This document shows, piece by piece, positions 30,536 to 42,422 of a DNA stretch of 64,000 nt (the stretch's first letter is position 1; each line of letters opens with the position of its first letter). This DNA is from an uncultured Bacilli bacterium. GTDB taxonomy: Bacteria; Bacillota_I; Bacilli_A; RFN20; CAG-826. The stretch is from NCBI GenBank assembly GCA_944376605.1, contig CALWDE010000004.1, positions 102,359-166,358 of the forward strand, in the 5' to 3' direction. The notes under the pieces were generated by a model, which did not search any database, was not told the origin of the DNA, and saw nothing but the letters and a program-made list of their open reading frames with translations. Position numbers and translations under genes: made by a program.

Positions 30536-33161
30536 CTGGAGTTGGATTATGAGGTGCCTCTTCGCTTTCTGGTGCAACTAAGGAAGGGTTTATCTCTTCA
30601 TCCGTCGCTTCTTCCTCTTCTAGTTCGTTTTCATCAACATGAGGAAGAATTGTTAAAGAAGCAACCTTTTGTCTTCCTTCAAGGCGAATAATTTTTACTC
30701 CTTGTGTGTTTCTACCAGCAATTTTCACTTGGCTAAGAGGAGTACGAATTACAATACCTTGTGTTGTAATGACCATTAAATCCTCATCGCCGTGCACTGC
30801 GCGCATTGCGGTTAACTCACCGTTCTTCTCGCCCATTTTGAGCGATAAAACACCTTTCGCGCCACGGGAAGTAAGACGATATCCGTCATAATGCCTTGTA
30901 GAGCCATCTTCTTCTGTGATGGTCGTCTCTTTTGCGTAGCTAATCTTTCCGTATCCTTTATCTGTTAAAACAAGAATCTTATCCCCTTCTTCTGAAGTGG
31001 TGATATCTACCGCAATCTCGTCATCTTCTAAAGCAATACCTCTTACACCTGCTGCGCTTCTACCCATATCACGGACATCGTTTTCATAGAAGCTACAAAC
31101 TCTACCAGAAGAAGAAGCAAGAGAAATAATAGCGTTCCCGCTTGTGCGTTTTACATCGAGTAAGGCATCTCCTTCTTTTAAAGTTAAAGCACGTTTACCG
31201 CTGACATTAATGCGTTCAAACTCTTTTAAGGCAGTACGTTTTACTGTGCCTTTTACGGTTGCAAAGAAGAGATAATCTGTTTCAGGATAGTCGTCACAGG
31301 CAACAATAGAAACGATTTTTTCTTCTTGTTCTAACTTTAATAAGTTAATGACTGGAAGACCTTTCGCGTCGCGGTTTCCTTCTGGGATCATGTATCCTCT
31401 CATTCGATACACTTTCCCGTAAGAAGAGAAGAAGAGAAGGTCAGTGTGTGTTTTGGTGTACACCATAATGTTCACCATGTCACCGGCAGTTGTTTTAATG
31501 CCCGTTACTCCTCTTCCACCACGATTTTGTGTACGGAAAGTATCATCATCCATTCGTTTGATATATCCGTTTTTTGTTAAAACAACAACGATATCTTTTT
31601 CTGGAATCAAAGACTCTGAATCGATATCTGCAGCGTCATTTGAAATTTCAGTTAAACGCTTGTCACCATACTTTCTCTTGATTTCACTTAATTCATCAAC
31701 CAAGACAGCAACAATGTTTTCTTTGCTCGATAAAATCCGTTCATATTCGGCAATAGCAGCGCTTAAAGCAGCTTTTTCTTCGTGGAGTTTTCCTTGCTCT
31801 AAGCCTTGTAATCTTCTAAGTGTCATCGATAAGATAGCTTGGCATTGATCGTTAGTTAAGCCAAAGCGTTCTTCGAGTTTTCTTGTAGATTCTTCATCGC
31901 TGCTAGAACTGCGGATAATTGCAATCACCTCATCAATTTCGTCATGAGCAAGAATTAATCCATCAACAATATGTGCTCTTTTTGAATCGCGGTTTAAGCG
32001 GTAGTTGGTTCTTCTTGTAATGACCTCAATTTGGAAATCGATGTAATTTTGCAGAAGCTCTTTCATTCCTAGTGTCTTTGGTTCGCCATTTACAAGACAC
32101 AAATTGATGACGCCAAAATTCACTTGTAACTGAGTGTGTTTAAGAAGATTATTCATCACCACTTCAGGAATGAAACCATGCTTAATTTCAATTACAACGC
32201 GAATACCTTTTTTGTTAGATTCATCGCGTAAATCAGAAATGCCGTCTACTACCTTATCACGGACGAGTTTGGCAATTTCTTCCACCATGGAAGATTTATT
32301 CACTTGATAAGGAATCTCTTCCACAATAATGCGGGAACGATTTCCATTTTCTTCCACCTGATAACGAGAACGGATAGAGAAGGTACCGATACCTGTTTCA
32401 AAATAGTCACGGATGCCTTTTCTTCCTAGCAATACACCGCCTGTTGGAAAATCTGGACCAGGAAGATATTGCTGCATAATTTCTAGAGGGGTAAGTTCAG
32501 GATTTGTCGCTAAAGCAATGAGTGCGTCCACTGTCTCTGATAAGTTATGAGGAGGCATGTTGGTTGCCATACCTACAGCAATACCCTGTGTGCCGTTGAC
32601 AATTAAATTTGGGAAACGAGATGGAAGAACAACTGGTTCTTTTTCACTTCCATCATAGTTATCCATCCAGTCAACAGTGTTCTCATCTAAATCACGAACC
32701 ATTTCTACCGCTAAACGAGACATTCTCGCTTCGGTGTAACGCATAGCAGCAGCTTCATCTCCGTCGATAGAGCCAAAGTTTCCGTGTCCATCCACTAAGG
32801 GGTAACGTAAAGAGAAACTTTGAGCCATACGGACTAAGGTTAAATAAAGAGCAGAGTCGCCGTGAGGATGGAAACGCCCCATAACATCACCAACCACCTT
32901 GGCACTTTTGCGGTAAGGCTTACCAGGAAGCATTCCTGTATTTTCCATACCGTAGATAACTCTACGCTGAACTGGTTTTAAGCCGTCTCGAACATCTGGA
33001 ATAGCCCGGGAGGTGATAACAGACATGGAGTAGGCTAAAAAGGCAGAACGAACCTCGTCAATAATCTCTCGGTCGCTTAAACCAGTATCAATACCTGCTT
33101 TTGGTAAATTTTCTTCACTAGAAGGCTCTAGTCCTTCTTCTTTCTTGTCTTCGTTTTCCAT
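30522..33161 (-). CDS. gyrA: DNA gyrase subunit A
   Basis: [16 protein letters not shown] and active-site AAMRYTE region; 879 aa with acidic C-terminal tail. Confidence 0.95.
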   Translation of the reverse strand: MENEDKKEEGLEPSSEENLPKAGIDTGLSDREIIDEVRSAFLAYSMSVITSRAIPDVRDGLKPVQRRVIYGMENTGMLPGKPYRKSAKVVGDVMGRFHPHGDSALYLTLVRMAQSFSLRYPLVDGHGNFGSIDGDEAAAMRYTEARMSRLAVEMVRDLDENTVDWMDNYDGSEKEPVVLPSRFPNLIVNGTQGIAVGMATNMPPHNLSETVDALIALATNPELTPLEIMQQYLPGPDFPTGGVLLGRKGIRDYFETGIGTFSIRSRYQVEENGNRSRIIVEEIPYQVNKSSMVEEIAKLVRDKVVDGISDLRDESNKKGIRVVIEIKHGFIPEVVMNNLLKHTQLQVNFGVINLCLVNGEPKTLGMKELLQNYIDFQIEVITRRTNYRLNRDSKRAHIVDGLILAHDEIDEVIAIIRSSSSDEESTRKLEERFGLTNDQCQAILSMTLRRLQGLEQGKLHEEKAALSAAIAEYERILSSKENIVAVLVDELSEIKRKYGDKRLTEISNDAADIDSESLIPEKDIVVVLTKNGYIKRMDDDTFRTQNRGGRGVTGIKTTAGDMVNIMVYTKTHTDLLFFSSYGKVYRMRGYMIPEGNRDAKGLPVINLLKLEQEEKIVSIVACDDYPETDYLFFATVKGTVKRTALKEFERINVSGKRALTLKEGDALLDVKRTSGNAIISLASSSGRVCSFYENDVRDMGRSAAGVRGIALEDDEIAVDITTSEEGDKILVLTDKGYGKISYAKETTITEEDGSTRHYDGYRLTSRGAKGVLSLKMGEKNGELTAMRAVHGDEDLMVITTQGIVIRTPLSQVKIAGRNTQGVKIIRLEGRQKVASLTILPHVDENELEEEEATDEEINPSLVAPESEEAPHNPTPDEVE

Positions 33162-33174
33162 GAATGAGGCCTCC

Positions 33175-35232
<2,058 letters not shown>

Positions 35233-36270
35233 TTATTTCATAACAATCTCGTGAGATTGATAAATATGTTCTTCTGTGCCAGTAATGAAACACTGGCCGA
35301 GTTTTGGTAATAAGCGAACAAGGTTTTTTGCGTGTTCTTTATCTAATTCCCCGAATACATCATCTAAGATGGCGACAGGTTTTTTGTCCCCCTCTTCCAA
35401 GAAGGAAGGAGAGATTTTAAGGGCGAGAGATAAAATCCTTCCCTCTCCTTGTGATGCAAAATTAGCAGCATTTTCTCTTTCTAAACTGACTTCAAAGTCC
35501 TCCCGGTGAATTCCGTTTTGTGTACTTCCAAGAAGGTAATCTCTTTCCTTGCTTTTTTGATAGAAATCTCTAGCTTCTTGCACAAAGTTTTCTTCTTTCA
35601 GAAATGGGTGATAAACAAATTCCACTTTCCTTTCTTCTCCAAGCAAGAACTGTGAAGTTTTTTGAAAGACGGGAATGAGACGCTTTAAGAATAAATTTCT
35701 TTCCTTAACAAGCGGTTCTTCGCTCAAGATTAACTGTTCTGTTAAGGTTTCAAGAAGCGCATCATCTCGTCTCTCTTTTAAGGCGGCATTTCTTTCTTGA
35801 AGAATATGACGGAACTGCCTTAAGTTATGAAGATAGGCCGGAGAAGTGCGGGAGAGAGTTTCATCAAGAAACAGCCTCCTTACTCCAGGCGAGTCACGAA
35901 AGAAGAGAGAATCTTCTGGCGTGAAAAGAACACAATTGAAGAGACCAGATAATTGCGAGAGTTTTGCAAGAGGCTTTCCGTTTACTAAAGCAACTCTTCC
36001 TTCTTTTTGTAAGACTACTTCAATTTTTCTTTGAAGCGATCCTTCTTCCACTTCTCCACCCACATAAGCTTCATTTTTATCTTTTTGGATGAGCTTTTTA
36101 TTTTCTGCTGTTCGCCAACTTCTTGCTAAGCATAGCAAGTGTATCGCTTCCACCAGATTTGTTTTCCCTGTCCCGTTTCGCCCTACGATTTCATTAATAG
36201 AGGGTGAGAAGAGATAGTTTTTGTGAGTGTGATTACGGAACTGACGCAAGGTCAAGTTCTTTAGGATCAT
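35233..36270 (-). CDS. recF: DNA replication/repair protein RecF
   Basis: Walker A GRNGTGKTNLVEAI and SMC-like signature. Start set at MILKNLTLRQFRNH, the typical RecF N-terminus. Confidence 0.9.
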   Translation of the reverse strand: MILKNLTLRQFRNHTHKNYLFSPSINEIVGRNGTGKTNLVEAIHLLCLARSWRTAENKKLIQKDKNEAYVGGEVEEGSLQRKIEVVLQKEGRVALVNGKPLAKLSQLSGLFNCVLFTPEDSLFFRDSPGVRRLFLDETLSRTSPAYLHNLRQFRHILQERNAALKERRDDALLETLTEQLILSEEPLVKERNLFLKRLIPVFQKTSQFLLGEERKVEFVYHPFLKEENFVQEARDFYQKSKERDYLLGSTQNGIHREDFEVSLERENAANFASQGEGRILSLALKISPSFLEEGDKKPVAILDDVFGELDKEHAKNLVRLLPKLGQCFITGTEEHIYQSHEIVMK

Positions 36271-36500
36271 TCGTCTATCCTCTCTTTGAGAAGTAAAACG
36301 CAATCAGGAAGAGTAATTTCATCACCAGGATGAAGTTTTCTCCCTCTTCTTTCTTCCTTATCACCGTTTACAAGAACTTGGTGAGTAGCAAGAAAGAGTT
36401 TTGCCTCTCCCCCTTCACTAATTACATCAGCAAACTTTAATAGCTGCCCTAATGTAATTTCTGGGGTGTGAATTTCAACAATTTCTCTTTTTCTCTCCAC
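36267..36500 (-). CDS. yaaA: S4-domain RNA-binding protein YaaA
   Basis: Small S4 domain (ITLGQLLKFADVISEGGEAKLFLATHQVLVNGDKEERRGRKLHPGDEI). Conserved dnaN-yaaA-recF order. Confidence 0.75.
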   Translation of the reverse strand: MERKREIVEIHTPEITLGQLLKFADVISEGGEAKLFLATHQVLVNGDKEERRGRKLHPGDEITLPDCVLLLKERIDE

Positions 36501-36507
36501 GCGATTA

Positions 36508-36528
36508 TTTTACTACGTAGTAGTAAAA
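36508..36528. promoter_or_regulatory. Palindrome TTTTACTAC-GTA-GTAGTAAAA in yaaA/recF upstream region (candidate operator)
   Basis: 9-bp perfect inverted repeat with a 3-nt spacer, immediately upstream of the yaaA start. Confidence 0.3.
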
Positions 36529-36542
36529 AAGACTAGCAAAAG

Positions 36543-36567
36543 AAAAAAGGCGTTTCTTACGCCTTTT
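36543..36567 (-). terminator. Rho-independent terminator downstream of dnaN
   Basis: GGCGT-TTCTT-ACGCC stem flanked by A/T runs. Confidence 0.6.
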
Positions 36568-36587
36568 AGAATGCTTTAAGAGAGGTT

Positions 36588-37721
36588 TTATCTTGTCCTC
36601 ATTGGGGTAATAAGTTCTACAATCGCTTCATCATCTGGATTGCGAACAATAAAAGGCTTCATTTCACCTGCAAAAGAAATCGTAATAGATTCAGAACCTA
36701 GAGCCCTAATGGCAGCAATAACAAAGTCCGCATTAAAGGCAATACTTAAAGGTTCTCCGTTAAACTCAAAAGTCTCAATACTTTCTTTTGCAGAACCGTT
36801 TGTATCCGAAGAAGAAGAAACAACAACGGATTCTTCCTCCATCGTAAGACGCACCACCCTTGTCTTTTCGTTTGCTGTCATTGCGGAAACGCGCTCAATC
36901 GCCGCAATTAGTTGACGTGAAGAAACGTCTAAATAGCGGGTAAAGCTCTTCGGGATAACAGAATCACTAAAAGGATAGTTACCGGAAATAAGGCGCGTTG
37001 CTGCAACTGTGTTTCCGAAAGAGAATACTGCGCGGTCTTCTGTTGCAGACAAACTAACCTCACTCACTCCATCAAACATCTTCACAATTTCTTTTAAGGC
37101 ATCAGCAGGAACATTAGCGTTTAGCATGAGTTCCTCATCACAAGGAATAGATTTTCTAGAGACTCTTGCTCCATCGGTTGCAATAGCAATTAATTGCCCG
37201 TTTACTGCTTTTAAATTGACTGCACGCAAAACGTCAGTAACAAGTCTCATAGCAGAAGCTGCCGCAAAGGCTGTTTCGTCAACAAGTTCGGTAAGATGTG
37301 GAGCGGGAAGGGTGAAAGAATTCCCTGCAGGCTCTAAGTCAATATCGGGGTATTCTTCCGCATCTTGGCAATTGGTGAGTTTGAATTCACTTTTGCCCGC
37401 AATAAGGCGCGCATAAGTACCATCAATTACTTCAAAGGTAATTTCATCAGAATCAAGCTTATGAACGACATCATTCAAGAAACGTGCATTCGCTAAAATA
37501 GCCCCTTCTGTTGTGTCACGGAGCACTTCTTCACCGTTCATTTCAAAAGGAATGTAGGTCCAAATAGAAATATTTCCATTGCTAGAAGTTATTTCTAAGC
37601 CTTTTGAAGTTACTTCTAATCGGTAATTCAAAAGTAAGGCATTTGTGGCAGCATTAGGGATTGCTCTAGAAGCCATGCTAAGTGCTTTTGTGAATTGCTC
37701 TCTTTTGATTGTGAATCGCAT
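36588..37721 (-). CDS. dnaN: DNA polymerase III beta sliding clamp
   Basis: MRFTIKREQFTKAL start and 3-domain clamp length (377 aa). Conserved position after dnaA. Confidence 0.95.
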   Translation of the reverse strand: MRFTIKREQFTKALSMASRAIPNAATNALLLNYRLEVTSKGLEITSSNGNISIWTYIPFEMNGEEVLRDTTEGAILANARFLNDVVHKLDSDEITFEVIDGTYARLIAGKSEFKLTNCQDAEEYPDIDLEPAGNSFTLPAPHLTELVDETAFAAASAMRLVTDVLRAVNLKAVNGQLIAIATDGARVSRKSIPCDEELMLNANVPADALKEIVKMFDGVSEVSLSATEDRAVFSFGNTVAATRLISGNYPFSDSVIPKSFTRYLDVSSRQLIAAIERVSAMTANEKTRVVRLTMEEESVVVSSSSDTNGSAKESIETFEFNGEPLSIAFNADFVIAAIRALGSESITISFAGEMKPFIVRNPDDEAIVELITPMRTR

Positions 37722-37868
37722 AGCTATCCTCCTGTTTTTATTCTTTTATATTTTATTCTTATTTAATAGTAATAATAAGAGTGAGACGAATTGTGGATAA
37801 GTTAGTGGATAACTCCTTTTCCTTAACATTTTAATCTTTTTCAAAAAATACCTTTTTATTAGATATCG
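37722..37868. other. oriC part 2 (dnaA-dnaN intergenic): DnaA boxes plus AT-rich putative DNA-unwinding element
   Basis: TGTGGATAA (perfect, ~37792-37800) and AGTGGATAA (~37804-37812) follow a very AT-rich tract (TTTATATTTTATTCTTATTTAATAGTAATAATAAG). Confidence 0.7.
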
Positions 37869-39224
37869 TCAGCCTTTTAACTTTGTTTCCAAACGTTTCA
37901 CGACCTTGCGTAAGTCAGGGTCATCTTTCAACGATTTTTCCACTTTTTCTACACCATTTATCACAGTTGTGTGATCGCGTCCTCCGAAAGCGGCACCGAT
38001 TTTAGCAAAAGGGGCATCAAGTAAAGAACGACACATATACATAGCAATATGTCTTGCTAAGGCAATTTGCGCGGTGCGGATTTTCCCTGTTAATTGAGAT
38101 GAGGTAAGTCCGTACATCGAGGCAACAGTAGAAATTACTTTCTCGATAGAAAGAGTTTCTAAATCGTCGCGGACATCTGCTAAAGGATTTACTGCAGCGA
38201 TTGCGGTTTTTAAATCAATGTGTTTAGTTGGGAATAAATTGACCGCATGGAACAAAAGCCTTGCAAAAGCCCCCTCTAATTCACGAATATTCTTGCCAAA
38301 CTTCTCGGCAAAATAAGAAATAACCTCAGGGTCAAAGTTATTGATATCAAGGTTGTTCGCTTCAATTTTTAATTTAAGAATGGTTTCACAAACTTCTTTT
38401 TCTGGTGCTGAAATGGAAACGGGCAAGCCAGCAACAAAACGTGTTTTTAAACGGTCGCTAAGTCCGTCTATTTTGTAGGGGTGCTGATCGCTTGTTAAAA
38501 CGATTTGTTTTCCGCTTCCCTGGAATGCGTTGAAAATAGCAAAGAAGGTTTCTTCCGTGCTTGGCTTTTTTGCAAAAAACTGGATATCATCGACTAAAAG
38601 AACATCTACTTCCTGCTTAAACCAATCTACGAAAGATTGTGTTTTTTCTCCTCGTAAATAACGTGTATATTCCTCAACAAAGTCGTGACTTGTAATGTAC
38701 AAAGCGTTTAAATCAGGGCGTTTTTCTCTGATTGCATTTCCTATTGCTTGTAACAAATGTGTTTTTCCAAGGCCTGAATTACCGTAAATAAGAACTGGGT
38801 TGTATAGCTCACCAGGACGTTCAGAGGCAACAATTGCTGCTCCATATGCTTCACGATTACTAGCGCCAGCAACAAAATTTTTGAAAGTATAAGCAGAGTT
38901 CAAACGCGAAAAAGCAAAATACTCGCAATTTAAGGATTTTTTATCAGATTTTGTGGCCTCAACTGGTGTAATGTATTGAACGACGAAGTCACTTTCTGTC
39001 ACTTCTTGAAGGGCTTGATTGGCTAAATCAAGAAAGGTAGAGGATGAGAGAGTTTTCGCGGCAACTTCAGTGCCTGCTACAACATAAACTACCTTACCTT
39101 CAATATGATCAATATGAGTGTCTTGAAAGAAAGGTTCAAAATAAATTGGGTCAGACATTCTTTCTTTAATGAGAGCTAAGGTTCTGCTCCAAGTGTCTGC
39201 GATGGTGGCGGCAACATTTTCCAT
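37869..39224 (-). CDS. dnaA: Chromosomal replication initiator DnaA
   Basis: AAA+ Walker A GNSGLGKTHLL, Walker B LLVDDIQF, C-terminal DnaA box-binding domain (TTVINGVEKV). Start set at MENVAATIADTW; the longer ORF-track start would read through DnaA boxes. Confidence 0.95.
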   Translation of the reverse strand: MENVAATIADTWSRTLALIKERMSDPIYFEPFFQDTHIDHIEGKVVYVVAGTEVAAKTLSSSTFLDLANQALQEVTESDFVVQYITPVEATKSDKKSLNCEYFAFSRLNSAYTFKNFVAGASNREAYGAAIVASERPGELYNPVLIYGNSGLGKTHLLQAIGNAIREKRPDLNALYITSHDFVEEYTRYLRGEKTQSFVDWFKQEVDVLLVDDIQFFAKKPSTEETFFAIFNAFQGSGKQIVLTSDQHPYKIDGLSDRLKTRFVAGLPVSISAPEKEVCETILKLKIEANNLDINNFDPEVISYFAEKFGKNIRELEGAFARLLFHAVNLFPTKHIDLKTAIAAVNPLADVRDDLETLSIEKVISTVASMYGLTSSQLTGKIRTAQIALARHIAMYMCRSLLDAPFAKIGAAFGGRDHTTVINGVEKVEKSLKDDPDLRKVVKRLETKLKG

Positions 39225-39560
39225 AACGGCCTTGAGTGTATCACGCAGGGGCGCGTTAGGCGATACAATCCGTGGATAACTTACACTTATCCACACAATG
39301 TAAAGAAAAAAGATGCGATTTTATCGTAAAAAGAAACATTTCAACAAAATATAACTGTGGATAAGTAGGTCTTTACAAAACTGTGGATAACTTTTTGGTG
39401 GAAAACTAGTGGTTTTGGCACATTATCCCCAAAGTAGCACCCTAATTTTTCCTGCGTGAAACCAAATGTTTTAAGTTTTTTCCACCGAATTGTGGAAAAT
39501 GAATCCACCTTACTGTGGAAAAGTGGAAAACTTCTCTTTTAGAGAAAAGAAAAAAAGAAA
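39225..39560. other. oriC part 1 (dnaA-rpmH intergenic): DnaA-box cluster
   Basis: Perfect boxes TTATCCACA (~39287-95) and TGTGGATAA (~39356-64, ~39382-90). 1-mismatch boxes at ~39272-80, 39424-32, 39491-99, 39514-22. AT-rich tract at 39301-39355. Confidence 0.8.
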
Positions 39561-39576
39561 GATGTGATTTTGTTTA

Positions 39577-39605
39577 TTGAGTTGATGCGCGCGCGTCCGT
39601 ATAAT
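39577..39605 (+). promoter_or_regulatory. Sigma-70-type promoter of rpmH operon
   Basis: -35 TTGAGT, 17-nt spacer, -10 TATAAT, ~36 nt upstream of the rpmH ATG. Confidence 0.5.
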
Positions 39606-39641
39606 CGGCAACGCTACTAAGCCACTTCGGAGGAAATAAAT

Positions 39642-39776
39642 ATGAAAAAGACGTATCAACCATCCAAAATTAAACACGCACACATGGCAGGGTTCCGTGC
39701 CCGCATGGCCACTCATAACGGAAGAAAAGTGCTCGCCCGTCGCCGTGCAAAAGGACGCGCTAGAATTTGTGCTTAA
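39642..39776 (+). CDS. rpmH: 50S ribosomal protein L34
   Basis: [44 protein letters not shown] (44 aa; absent from the ORF track because <60 aa). GGAGG RBS. Confidence 0.9.
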   Translation: MKKTYQPSKIKHAHMAGFRARMATHNGRKVLARRRAKGRARICA

Positions 39777-39815
39777 TCCTGCCTTTTGGCAGGCTTTTTG
39801 TATTAAGGTAGTATT

Positions 39816-40160
39816 GTGAAAAAAATATTCCGAATTAAGAAGCATGAAGAATTCCTTCAAATTAAACAAGAAGGAGTGTGTCTTCGTTCGGAAACCTTAA
39901 CGCTTCATTACCAAAAAAACTCTCTCACACACTCACGCGTTGGTATTCAAGTTACCAAAAAATGTGGTAATGCAGTAAAAAGAAATCGCATCAAACGCCA
40001 AATTCGTGCGATATTAGGAAAGGGTTTTGATTTTTCGAAACAAATTGACCTTATCATTACCGCTCGTCCTTCTTTCCGAACTGACTCTTTTACAAAAGAG
40101 CAAGAGGAACTATTAAAGCTGCTCAAGCAGCTGGAGATTCAAAGTGAAGAAAAGCACTAA
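39816..40160 (+). CDS. rnpA: Ribonuclease P protein component
   Basis: Small basic protein with RVGIQVTKKCGNAVKRNRIKRQIR (RnpA RNR motif). GTG start. Follows rpmH. Confidence 0.85.
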   Translation: MKKIFRIKKHEEFLQIKQEGVCLRSETLTLHYQKNSLTHSRVGIQVTKKCGNAVKRNRIKRQIRAILGKGFDFSKQIDLIITARPSFRTDSFTKEQEELLKLLKQLEIQSEEKH

Positions 40161-41724
40161 AGCGAAATTTTTAGGGGTAATGGCTCTAATTGTAGGAGGA
40201 GTCCTTTTATCAAGTTGTACGGCTAGTTTTTGTACAGATCTTGATAGAGCCAATATGGCTTATCCCTATGACACAGGTGTTACTGTGTATGTCAACAAAG
40301 ACGATGTTCCTACCATTTATGAAGATGTAGCTTGGCCGGTTTATGGCGAAGAAGGCAATGACAACCTTTACGCTTATATTCCAGTTGATTCTTCAGGCAA
40401 TTTTACTGCTGCAAACGCTACATTAATTAACGGTCTCATAACAAGTTTTGAAGCACAAGGGCTTCTTACACCTAGTTATGACTATTTTAAAGCAATTGAC
40501 CAACTTGTTCTTGATGCTGCTGTAGAGGCTTCTGGATTAGACAAAGCAACCTTAGTTGCAGAAGATATCAACCCTTGGTCAGAACCGAATGTTTTAGGGA
40601 ACGAAAACGGGATTACCGCTAACGAAAACAGTATTTTAAGACAGCACGGTTACTTAAAATTTTACGGGCATGATAGTAATGGAAATGCTCTTTTATGGGG
40701 TAACTATGATGAATGGAACGAGCAACTAGCCTTAGAACTAGGCGCTAGTAACGTTCCTTCTTTTGACTGGATTAATAGTTATAAAACACAAATCAACAAC
40801 GCCATTGCTACAAGTACATCTTGTATTACCAATATTGATGGCAGTTTTGGACACTATGGACCTCAAGAAAACTGGGAAGTGCCTATTGAGGTAAAAGACT
40901 GGGGATATGCTTGGAGCAAAGGCTTCCTTGAAGGACTAATTGTCTATCCTGTCGCCTGGCTTTTAGATACCTTATCTGTTTCTTTTGAACCAGCATTAAC
41001 TGGTTTTGGACAAATTTGGGCATTAATTTTAGTTACTATTATCGTACGTATTGTGGTCTTAGGATTGACTTTCAAATCAACTATGGACCAGCAAAAAATG
41101 CAGGCGTTACAGCCTCAACTTGCCAAAATTCAAGCAAAGTATCCTAACAGCGACAGCAATCAAGCTGAAAAGATGAGATTAGGACAAGAACAGCTGGCCT
41201 TATACAAACGTAACCACGTTTCTATGTGGTCGATGATTTTAATTTTAGTAGTCCAATTCCCTGTCTTTATTGCGGTTTGGGGTGCTTTACAAGGATCCGC
41301 CGCTTTGGCTACAGGTGAATTCTTAAATCTCTCCTTATCAGCTAGAGTATCTACTGCCCTGCTTGATTTTTCTGAAGGGTGGTATGTGAACGCGAACGGC
41401 TGGTGGACGATGGCGGTCATCTTTATTTTGATGGTCGCGCTACAAATTGTTTCTGTTCTTTTGCCACAATGGCTCAACAAAAGAAGAACAAAGAATTTAA
41501 CCAAAACAGGTACAAATCCTGCTGCCGATCGCAATGCAAAAATGATGAAGTGGGTAAATATTATTATGCTTGCTTTCACCATTTTAATCTCCTTTAGTTT
41601 ACCAAGTGCTATGGCGGTATACTGGGCCATTGGTTCCCTTATGAGTATTGCGCAAACATTATTCACCCAGCTTTATCTTTCTAAGCACTTTATGAAAAAA
41701 GCTCAGAAGAAAGGATTTAAATAA
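40144..41724 (+). CDS. yidC: Membrane protein insertase YidC (long form with lipoprotein N-terminal domain)
   Basis: LLSSCTASFC lipobox, ~250-aa extracytoplasmic domain, then a conserved YidC/Oxa1 5-TM core and basic C-terminus. Confidence 0.85.
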   Translation: MKKSTKAKFLGVMALIVGGVLLSSCTASFCTDLDRANMAYPYDTGVTVYVNKDDVPTIYEDVAWPVYGEEGNDNLYAYIPVDSSGNFTAANATLINGLITSFEAQGLLTPSYDYFKAIDQLVLDAAVEASGLDKATLVAEDINPWSEPNVLGNENGITANENSILRQHGYLKFYGHDSNGNALLWGNYDEWNEQLALELGASNVPSFDWINSYKTQINNAIATSTSCITNIDGSFGHYGPQENWEVPIEVKDWGYAWSKGFLEGLIVYPVAWLLDTLSVSFEPALTGFGQIWALILVTIIVRIVVLGLTFKSTMDQQKMQALQPQLAKIQAKYPNSDSNQAEKMRLGQEQLALYKRNHVSMWSMILILVVQFPVFIAVWGALQGSAALATGEFLNLSLSARVSTALLDFSEGWYVNANGWWTMAVIFILMVALQIVSVLLPQWLNKRRTKNLTKTGTNPAADRNAKMMKWVNIIMLAFTILISFSLPSAMAVYWAIGSLMSIAQTLFTQLYLSKHFMKKAQKKGFK

Positions 41725-42323
41725 TGAAGGAATTTAACGGTAAAACATTAGAAAAAGCGTTAGAAGAAGCTTCCAAAGAACTTGGAGTTCCTGCTGAAAA
41801 AATCGAATATACAGTTATTGAAGAGAAAAAAGGTTTATTTAGTAAAAGTGTAACCATTGCTGTTCCTTCTATTGAAGATGCTCTGGAATATGCAAAAAGC
41901 TATTTGTCTGAATCGATTTCTCTTTTAGGGGTTGAAGTAGAGTTAGATGGTTATGTAGATGGAGACATCATCCACCTCACCATCAAGAGCGAAAGGAATC
42001 CAATATTAATTGGAACGGGCGGAAAAACACTTCAGGCGTTTAATGAATTAACCCGTTTAGCTGTCAGCGCCCATTTCAAGCATCGCTACCGCGTGCTTCT
42101 TGATGTTGGCGGATACAAAGAAGAACGCTATGAAAAAGTAGCAAGAATTGCTCGTAGAGAAGCAAAAAGCGTTCAAAAAACCAAAGGAAGTGCAAAACTT
42201 AATCCCATGACTCCTGATGAAAGAAGAATTGTGCATAACGCTTTAAACGGAATGCCACACATCACCACTGAATCAGAAGGAGAAGGGGGCAATCGCGCAG
42301 TTGTGATTAAGTACGTAGACTAA
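41724..42323 (+). CDS. khpB: Jag/KhpB RNA-binding protein (KH + R3H)
   Basis: Jag_N, KH-like and C-terminal R3H (MTPDERRIVHNALNG). Conserved position after yidC. Confidence 0.8.
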   Translation: MKEFNGKTLEKALEEASKELGVPAEKIEYTVIEEKKGLFSKSVTIAVPSIEDALEYAKSYLSESISLLGVEVELDGYVDGDIIHLTIKSERNPILIGTGGKTLQAFNELTRLAVSAHFKHRYRVLLDVGGYKEERYEKVARIARREAKSVQKTKGSAKLNPMTPDERRIVHNALNGMPHITTESEGEGGNRAVVIKYVD

Positions 42324-42346
42324 CAAAATCATTCAATTTGATAACT

Positions 42347-42371
42347 AGCGGGGCAAAAAGCTCCGCTTTTC
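42347..42371 (+). terminator. Putative rho-independent terminator after jag
   Basis: AGCGGGGC-AAAAA-GCTCCGCT followed by TTTTCTT. Confidence 0.45.
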
Positions 42372-42422
42372 TTGAGCAAAAAATGCATTATCGTAAAATA
42401 GAAGCGGAAAGGAGGGCGTTTC

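Noticed and set aside
39225-39296. N-terminal extension of dnaA ORF (MWISVSYPRIV...)
   Set aside because: It contains two DnaA boxes and has no counterpart in DnaA N-termini; the downstream Met gives a canonical N-terminus.
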